DNA of 64,000 bases, taken from positions 2,999 through 66,998 of the forward strand of contig CALHGZ010000007.1 of NCBI GenBank assembly GCA_938031175.1. The letters are read 5' to 3'. The notes beneath the pieces were generated by a model, which was not told the DNA's origin, did no database searches, and saw nothing but the letters and a program-made list of their open reading frames with translations. Shown here piece after piece: positions 58,493 through 64,000 of the stretch; the stretch's first letter is position 1; each line of letters opens with the position of its first letter. The position numbers and the translations under genes are program-made. Source of the DNA: Candidatus Kapaibacterium sp. GTDB taxonomy: Bacteria > Bacteroidota > Ignavibacteria > Kapaibacteriales > UBA2268.

Positions 58493-59242
58493 TTATTCAA
58501 TGAATTGATTTACCGGCATTAGAGTAAAATTTTCTCCATCAAATTTGCCAAAGTGAGGATTATTAAACCAATCACCAAGATTAATGTAATATCCCTTGCC
58601 AATTTTTTCGAAGAAAATTTTATGGCGATGTCCCATAATTACATAATCACATCCTTCAGATATTTTCGATTTGGCGTATTCCAAAAGGCTATCTCCTGAT
58701 CCGTAATCTTTTTTGTCGGAGTAATTACGGCTTCTTTTTGAAGAAGATGAAGCAAGTAGTATTCCAAGATCAGGGTGGATTAGACGGTATAGTTTGTTTG
58801 AAAGCGGATTTCTTAGAATTTTTTTCAAGATGTAATAGCCATAGTCGTTTTTTACTTTTCCATCACCGTGAGATAGATAAAATCTTTTTCCTGACAATGT
58901 GGTTTCAATGTCGTTGAAATAAATATTTATTCCCAATTCGTCGGTAAAGAAATCTTTGTGACCAAAGTCATGGTTGCCAATTAGATATTCAATATTAATA
59001 TTTTTTTCTCGTAAAGAGATCAATGCCGTAATAACTCTGATAAAATCTTTTGGTATAACTGATTTATATTCGAACCAGTAATCGAATAAATCGCCGATAA
59101 TAAATAATGTATCGCAGTTAGGAGCAATCTTTTTCAAAAAATCAAGCAAAAGTTTTTCTCTGTCTCTTTCTTTTTGTCGTGGGTAATAACCGATATGGAC
59201 ATCTGATATGAAATAATACATTTTACAAGAAAGATATAACAA
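58493..59242 (-). CDS. Calcineurin-like metallophosphoesterase, LpxH-like (UDP-2,3-diacylglucosamine hydrolase)
   Basis: 249 aa. YFISDVHIGY...CDTLFIIGDLFDYWFE...LIGNHD...YLSHGDG match the metallophosphoesterase motifs D-x-H, GD, GNH(D/E) and GH, in the arrangement and length typical of LpxH. Confidence 0.5.
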   Translation of the reverse strand: MLYLSCKMYYFISDVHIGYYPRQKERDREKLLLDFLKKIAPNCDTLFIIGDLFDYWFEYKSVIPKDFIRVITALISLREKNINIEYLIGNHDFGHKDFFTDELGINIYFNDIETTLSGKRFYLSHGDGKVKNDYGYYILKKILRNPLSNKLYRLIHPDLGILLASSSSKRSRNYSDKKDYGSGDSLLEYAKSKISEGCDYVIMGHRHKIFFEKIGKGYYINLGDWFNNPHFGKFDGENFTLMPVNQFIE

Positions 59243-59345
59243 TAATTGTAAAAATAAAAAATTTCGGTAAAATAAAGCTTTTTAAGGGATGGACATTTTT
59301 ATTTAATACGAATTATCTTGTTTATCTTAAATATACACTTTAAAT

Positions 59346-60032
59346 TTGCTATATTTGATTTTATTTTTGGAATTTATGGTACGCAAACAGACATTTTTGT
59401 TGTTAGTTATATTTGCACCAATAATTGCAGTATTACTTACATCTTGTATATCAATTCGCAGTAAATATGAGCCGGTTAACTATTACTTATTGCAACAAAC
59501 ACCTTTATTAGCTGGATATACTGAAAAATTTCCCACTCAGTTAATAGTTCGGGAATTTAGAATTAGTAGTCAATATGAGACTGAACATCTTTTAGCTTTC
59601 CAGAGAGATGGAATAAAATTATATTATTACCATAGATGGCTAAATATGCCCAATATATTGGTAACAGACTATTTAATTACGAGGCTTAATAGGCATAATG
59701 TATTTAGTGGAGGTGTACATTCTTTTTCAACAATTGCTGTATCGGATTATTATCTTGAAGGAACAATCAATGAATTTATAGCATTTAATGACGAAAAACG
59801 AGGGTCTTCGGAAAATTTTGTCATTATTTCAATCCAGGCTACTTTTTTAAAAAGGGAAAAACTCAAAGTAGCTGATACTGTTCTTTTCAGTAATCTTTAT
59901 GAAACTAAAGTCTTCCGAAAGGACAATTCTGTCACAAACATTGCAGATACTTTTAGTCGTGGTTTAGCTGAAATTGCGGATAAAATTATGGGTGATATTA
60001 TACAGGCTCTGAGAGATGAATTTGTTGAATAG
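59346..60032 (+). CDS. Putative lipoprotein (PqiC/LptE-like size and composition)
   Basis: The lipobox LLTSC lies at the end of a hydrophobic signal sequence. The true start is probably the internal MVRKQTF at about 59376. The mature ~195 aa domain has no recognised motif. Confidence 0.4.
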   Translation: MLYLILFLEFMVRKQTFLLLVIFAPIIAVLLTSCISIRSKYEPVNYYLLQQTPLLAGYTEKFPTQLIVREFRISSQYETEHLLAFQRDGIKLYYYHRWLNMPNILVTDYLITRLNRHNVFSGGVHSFSTIAVSDYYLEGTINEFIAFNDEKRGSSENFVIISIQATFLKREKLKVADTVLFSNLYETKVFRKDNSVTNIADTFSRGLAEIADKIMGDIIQALRDEFVE

Positions 60033-60047
60033 GATAGTTCTGGCTCA

Positions 60048-60779
60048 ATGAAAGTTTATCACTTCGAAAGAATTTCCTCAACGAATGATTATGCTATTGA
60101 TTTACTTAGAGTAGATTCACCTGTTGTAGTTACTGCTGATAGTCAATGGTTGGCTCGTGGACGAAACTATCGCCAATGGTATGGTGATTTCGTCGGGAAT
60201 ATTTATTGCTCCATCGCTTTTAGAAATGAGGGAGCTATCAAAAATGATCATAAATTTATATATTATGCAATTGGAACTTTGGCTTCTAAATATGCTTTAA
60301 AGATGACTTGCAATAAAGATATATTTTTTATTAAATATCCAAACGATATTTTAGCTTTAAATATTGAAGGTAGATTTCTAAAAATTGGGGGAGTTTTAGT
60401 TGAAAATTATGATGATAATTTGATCAATGCAACTGTAATTGGTATTGGGATTAATGTTTTGCAAATTGAATTTCCTGAAGATATAGCAAAAAATGCGACA
60501 TCACTTAAATTGCTTGGATTTAATTTTTCTCACAAAGAAGTACTAGAAAATTTAATATTAAAACTTGAAATATTAATTAAGATGGATTTCGATAAATTGT
60601 TTGATTTATGGGAAAAAGAATTAAACTTAAAAGGGAAAATCATTACACTTGATGGTTCCAGCAGTTTATGGAATTTTAAGAGCTTAAATCGTGATGGTAC
60701 CATTACTCTTAAAGATGATCAAAATAATGAAATTATTATTAATGAACAAAATACAATAAGATATAATGTCTATCCCTGA
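60048..60779 (+). CDS. birA: Biotin--[acetyl-CoA-carboxylase] ligase (group I BirA, no HTH)
   Basis: 243 aa. ARGRNYRQWYGDFVGNIYCSIAF corresponds to the BPL GRGRxGRxW....GxLYxS biotin-binding loop. The gene is immediately upstream of coaX, the classic birA-coaX pairing. Confidence 0.7.
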   Translation: MKVYHFERISSTNDYAIDLLRVDSPVVVTADSQWLARGRNYRQWYGDFVGNIYCSIAFRNEGAIKNDHKFIYYAIGTLASKYALKMTCNKDIFFIKYPNDILALNIEGRFLKIGGVLVENYDDNLINATVIGIGINVLQIEFPEDIAKNATSLKLLGFNFSHKEVLENLILKLEILIKMDFDKLFDLWEKELNLKGKIITLDGSSSLWNFKSLNRDGTITLKDDQNNEIIINEQNTIRYNVYP

Positions 60780-61518
60780 GAAAATACTCGCTATCGATAT
60801 AGGTAATACCAGGACGAAATTGCTTTTGGATGATAAATTATTAGCTTTTTCCTATTCTGATACAGAATGGTTGCAAAAATTTATAGATTTTTTAAGTAAG
60901 AAGAAAATTTCTAAAGTTTACTATTGTTCGGTTAATAATCTTATAGCTGATAAAATTTTTGATATACTACAAAATCAGCTTTTCCTTGAATATTACAATA
61001 TAATTGATTTAATAAGGGATTATCGCATCATTGAATTTGATCATATTTCCGGAATAGGAGATGACAGGGTTGTAAGTTTAGCTTCAGCACTATTTTTCGA
61101 ATCACCTCCCTTAATTACAGTTGATTGCGGTACTGCAATCACAATAAATGTCCTTGATGAGAATAAAAAATGTTTGGGAGGAGCAATTTTTGCTGGTTTA
61201 AATACTCAAATGGATGCTTTAGCAATTCAAACTCAAAAGCTGCGAAAGATAAATTTTAAAGAACAAATTCAGTTGCCTGCCCAAAATACAGAAGATGCTC
61301 TCAATTCCGGTATAGTTATTGCTGTTGTTGGTGGTGTCAAAGAAATTATCTCCAGAATTATGTGGAGTTATTTTACAACGCGTAAATTAACTATAATATT
61401 TACGGGTGGGAATGCCCCTTTGATTTACAAATATTTTAATTACCCTTTAAAATCTTTATTAATAGACGATTTAAATAATTTAGGTATCCAAAAAATTGCT
61501 AACCTTTATGGAAAATAG
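60766..61518 (+). CDS. coaX: Type III pantothenate kinase
   Basis: 250 aa. The N-terminus ILAIDIGNTRTKL and the ...DCGTAITINV motif are the CoaX/Baf family signatures. It overlaps birA by 14 nt. Confidence 0.85.
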   Translation: MSIPEKILAIDIGNTRTKLLLDDKLLAFSYSDTEWLQKFIDFLSKKKISKVYYCSVNNLIADKIFDILQNQLFLEYYNIIDLIRDYRIIEFDHISGIGDDRVVSLASALFFESPPLITVDCGTAITINVLDENKKCLGGAIFAGLNTQMDALAIQTQKLRKINFKEQIQLPAQNTEDALNSGIVIAVVGGVKEIISRIMWSYFTTRKLTIIFTGGNAPLIYKYFNYPLKSLLIDDLNNLGIQKIANLYGK

Positions 61519-61530
61519 TTAAAAAAAGAA

Positions 61531-62295
61531 ATGATAAGAAATAAAAAAATAATAATAGTTTTACCGGCATACAATGCTGGGAAGACATTAGTAAAAACTT
61601 ACAGCGAAATACCATTTGATATAGTTGATGATGTGATTTTAGTAGATGATAATAGCACCGACAATACAATAGAAGTTGCCCGTCAAATTGGGGTCAGGCA
61701 CATTATAAAACACGAACGTAATCAAGGATATGGTGCAAATCAGAAAACTTGCTATAACAAGGCACTCGAACTCGGTGCTGATATTGTGATAATGCTTCAT
61801 CCCGATTATCAGTATACCCCAAAGTTAATCCACTCGATGGCTTATATCATAGCAAATGAGGTTTATCCTGTTGTTTTAGGTTCTCGTATCCTTGGGAAGG
61901 GAGCCTTGCGAGGTGGTATGCCATTATACAAATACATTGCTAATCGCATTCTGACTCTTGTTCAAAATTTACTTATTGGACAAAAATTATCTGAATATCA
62001 TACCGGTTACAGAGCATTTTCTGCAGATGTATTGAGGAAAATTAATTATCAGGCTAATTCCGATGATTTTATATTTGACAATCAGATGATTTCTCAAATT
62101 TTTATGGCTGGTTATGAGATAGCTGAAATTACCTGCCCAACAAAATATTTCAAAGAAGCTTCTTCAATTAATTTAATAAGAAGTATAAAATATGGCTTGG
62201 GCGTGCTGTGGGTTTCATTTAAACATTTTCTGCAAAGATTAGGATTAGGTCGATTCAAGCTTTATCGATGTAGGAACAGTAATAGTTCCATTTAA
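61531..62295 (+). CDS. Family 2 glycosyltransferase (polyprenol-phosphate sugar transferase-like)
   Basis: 254 aa. IIVLPAYNAGKTL...VILVDDNSTDNT carries the GT2 DxD-region signature. Confidence 0.8.
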   Translation: MIRNKKIIIVLPAYNAGKTLVKTYSEIPFDIVDDVILVDDNSTDNTIEVARQIGVRHIIKHERNQGYGANQKTCYNKALELGADIVIMLHPDYQYTPKLIHSMAYIIANEVYPVVLGSRILGKGALRGGMPLYKYIANRILTLVQNLLIGQKLSEYHTGYRAFSADVLRKINYQANSDDFIFDNQMISQIFMAGYEIAEITCPTKYFKEASSINLIRSIKYGLGVLWVSFKHFLQRLGLGRFKLYRCRNSNSSI

Positions 62296-62346
62296 AAGGA
62301 ATTAATATTTATCCGTTGAAAATAAGTTTGAAAAATTGATATATTA

Positions 62347-63069
62347 TCAAATAGAACTTATCGCTTCGTTTAAAAATTCGAGGAATGGAATTGATATAAT
62401 CGCGTATTCTTCAATGAGCAAAATTAATTTCTCTGAATAGGTATGTTTGATATCTATATCATTATAAATATCAAAATTTTTCAATTTTAAGTATTCCGAG
62501 GCGGGGTGGTTGTATTGGTAACCGGGAGGTAAGCGTTTAAGTTTTTCACCAACAAATCTGTAGGGGAAATATTTTATAAAATCGCGATTATTAATAATTT
62601 TATCAAATTCAAGCCAATTGTTGTATATAGACTGTCGTATTGCTTTCAATTGCTCAGGATCAGGTTGGTGAAGTCCAGCAGCTATGAAGCATTCAGTCGC
62701 ATCAATATGAAAATAGATTCCGGGTGCGTTAATAGGCTTTTTCCCGCTGTTATTAAATCCGTAGTGGAAGTATATACCTATGTTTGTTTTGTAAGGTTCT
62801 TTGTTTTTGCTAAAACGGATATCTCTATAAATTCTGAAGATAGAGCGCTTTGGATCAGCGATAAATGGGATATTTTTTTCAATAAATATCTTTGACATTG
62901 AGTAAACAAATAATTTTGCGGGTATTTTTATAGATTTTTCGTAAAAATCTCGATTTGATTCGAACCATTGGCGGTTGTTATTTTCTTTAAGTTCAGATAA
63001 AAAATTTTGTAAATCTTTAGGGAAACCTTCAAAGTATTTGTAAAAAGATGAATTATTTTGTTTATCCAT
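62347..63069 (-). CDS. TIGR02453 / DUF2461 family protein
   Basis: 240 aa. The N-terminus FEGFPKDLQNFLSELKENNNRQWFESNRDFYEK matches the TIGR02453 pattern (F.gF.....FL..L..NN.reWF..n...Y). Confidence 0.55.
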   Translation of the reverse strand: MDKQNNSSFYKYFEGFPKDLQNFLSELKENNNRQWFESNRDFYEKSIKIPAKLFVYSMSKIFIEKNIPFIADPKRSIFRIYRDIRFSKNKEPYKTNIGIYFHYGFNNSGKKPINAPGIYFHIDATECFIAAGLHQPDPEQLKAIRQSIYNNWLEFDKIINNRDFIKYFPYRFVGEKLKRLPPGYQYNHPASEYLKLKNFDIYNDIDIKHTYSEKLILLIEEYAIISIPFLEFLNEAISSI

Positions 63070-63078
63070 AGTTACAAT

Positions 63079-63978
63079 TTAATCAGTTAGTCTAAATTTT
63101 AATGATTCTAATCCACTTTGTAAAGTACAAAATTTAAAACCTAATTCAACTTCGGTTTTTAAAGTTAATAAACCAGCTTTTTTTGGAATTTTGATTTGAT
63201 TATGAGTATTATTTTCTGCTTCAATTATTCTACTCATATCAAGTTTAAAAATTTCAGCGACCGTTCTTGCTATTTGTAATTGATTCAACCAGTCAGCACC
63301 ACCTACATTATAAATACCAAATTTTTCTTTTTCAATAAGCTTGCAGACGATTGAGGCTAGATCATCGGCATAAACAGGATTAGTGTAATATTCTGAGGAA
63401 GCAAAAAAATAGCCATTTTTTAGAGCTGTTTTAATTTTTCGGATGAAATCTATTTTATTAAAAGATGAGTATCCATAAAGCATGGTTGTGCGCAGTATAG
63501 AGTATCTATTCCATTGCGTTCTGCATATATTTTCGGCGGCGTGTTTGGATTTACCGAAATAATTTATAGGATTTGGTTTATCTTCTTCGGAATATAATCC
63601 TTTTGAGCCGTCGAATATTTGCTCAGAAGAAATAGTAATAAAATGAGCGTCTATGATTTTAGCTATTCTGGTTAAATTTTCGACTACATTTGAGTTCAAT
63701 TCCCATGCTAATCTTTTGTCTTTTTCACATTTTTCGATATCACTTAAACCAGCAGTATTTATAATGACATCAGGTCTTTCTTTAAGACAAATTAATTTTG
63801 TTGATTGTTTATCAAGGGCACTTAATTGATAAATACGGAACCAGCTTTTATAATTGTGATTATAAGGAGTGTTTGATAATAAAATAATATCAGATTCAAT
63901 CTCAGAACTAACAATTCTACTGATCGCTTCTCCGATTATGCTTGAAGCACCAGTTATAAGTATTTTCTTTCTTTTCAT
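63079..63978 (-). CDS. NAD(P)-dependent sugar-nucleotide reductase/epimerase (RmlD-like)
   Basis: 299 aa. The N-terminal Rossmann motif is KILITGASSIIGEAI. It has an SDR-type extended fold and RmlD-like length. The YxxxK catalytic region was not unambiguously identified. Confidence 0.5.
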   Translation of the reverse strand: MKRKKILITGASSIIGEAISRIVSSEIESDIILLSNTPYNHNYKSWFRIYQLSALDKQSTKLICLKERPDVIINTAGLSDIEKCEKDKRLAWELNSNVVENLTRIAKIIDAHFITISSEQIFDGSKGLYSEEDKPNPINYFGKSKHAAENICRTQWNRYSILRTTMLYGYSSFNKIDFIRKIKTALKNGYFFASSEYYTNPVYADDLASIVCKLIEKEKFGIYNVGGADWLNQLQIARTVAEIFKLDMSRIIEAENNTHNQIKIPKKAGLLTLKTEVELGFKFCTLQSGLESLKFRLTD

Positions 63979-64000
63979 TTAATTAATAAAATGTTCCACG

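Noticed and set aside
1-64000. CRISPR arrays, IS elements, transposases, phage genes, toxin-antitoxin pairs
   Set aside because: No short direct repeats with regular spacers were seen, and no DDE or tyrosine/serine recombinase signatures. The only tandem repeats are divergent protein-coding domain repeats (Fn3 and PKD modules).

Overview
This is a roughly 64 kb chromosomal window from a very AT-rich bacterium, by eye about 30-33% GC. Five large secreted proteins end in a TIGR04183-type Por/T9SS C-terminal sorting domain, so the organism uses a type IX secretion system and belongs to the FCB group (Bacteroidota/Ignavibacteriota-like). Most of the window is housekeeping. The annotated set includes ybeY, a biotin carboxylase plus biotinyl carrier, murF, efp-ahcY-metK, rimO, hrcA, coaD, the tRNA-Gln/prs/rplY/pth cluster, rpiB, serS, lepA-lepB-hemW, rfbA, mltD, birA-coaX and a P-type ATPase. 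No transposase, integrase, CRISPR array or recognisable defence cassette is visible. The items worth a second look are listed here. (1) Two inverted paralogous gingipain/C25-like T9SS cargo proteins bracket the efp-ahcY-metK block, and the canonical His/Cys dyad appears to be replaced by Cys/Ser. (2) A free-standing protoglobin (sensor globin) sits next to a MarR-like regulator carrying a C-terminal Cys-rich module. (3) A GC-rich, strongly structured ~105 nt element lies in an AT-rich spacer upstream of the P-type ATPase. (4) A tandem second signal peptidase I gene is broken by a single-base frameshift inside a T9 homopolymer. (5) An EF-P carries Asn, not Lys or Arg, at the conserved beta-hairpin tip that normally receives the post-translational modification. 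(6) A PiT phosphate transporter is fused to a long helical cytoplasmic tail. (7) There is a decayed gene remnant, plus several unusual operon couplings. Everything here rests on reading the sequence and remembered family signatures. No database search was run.
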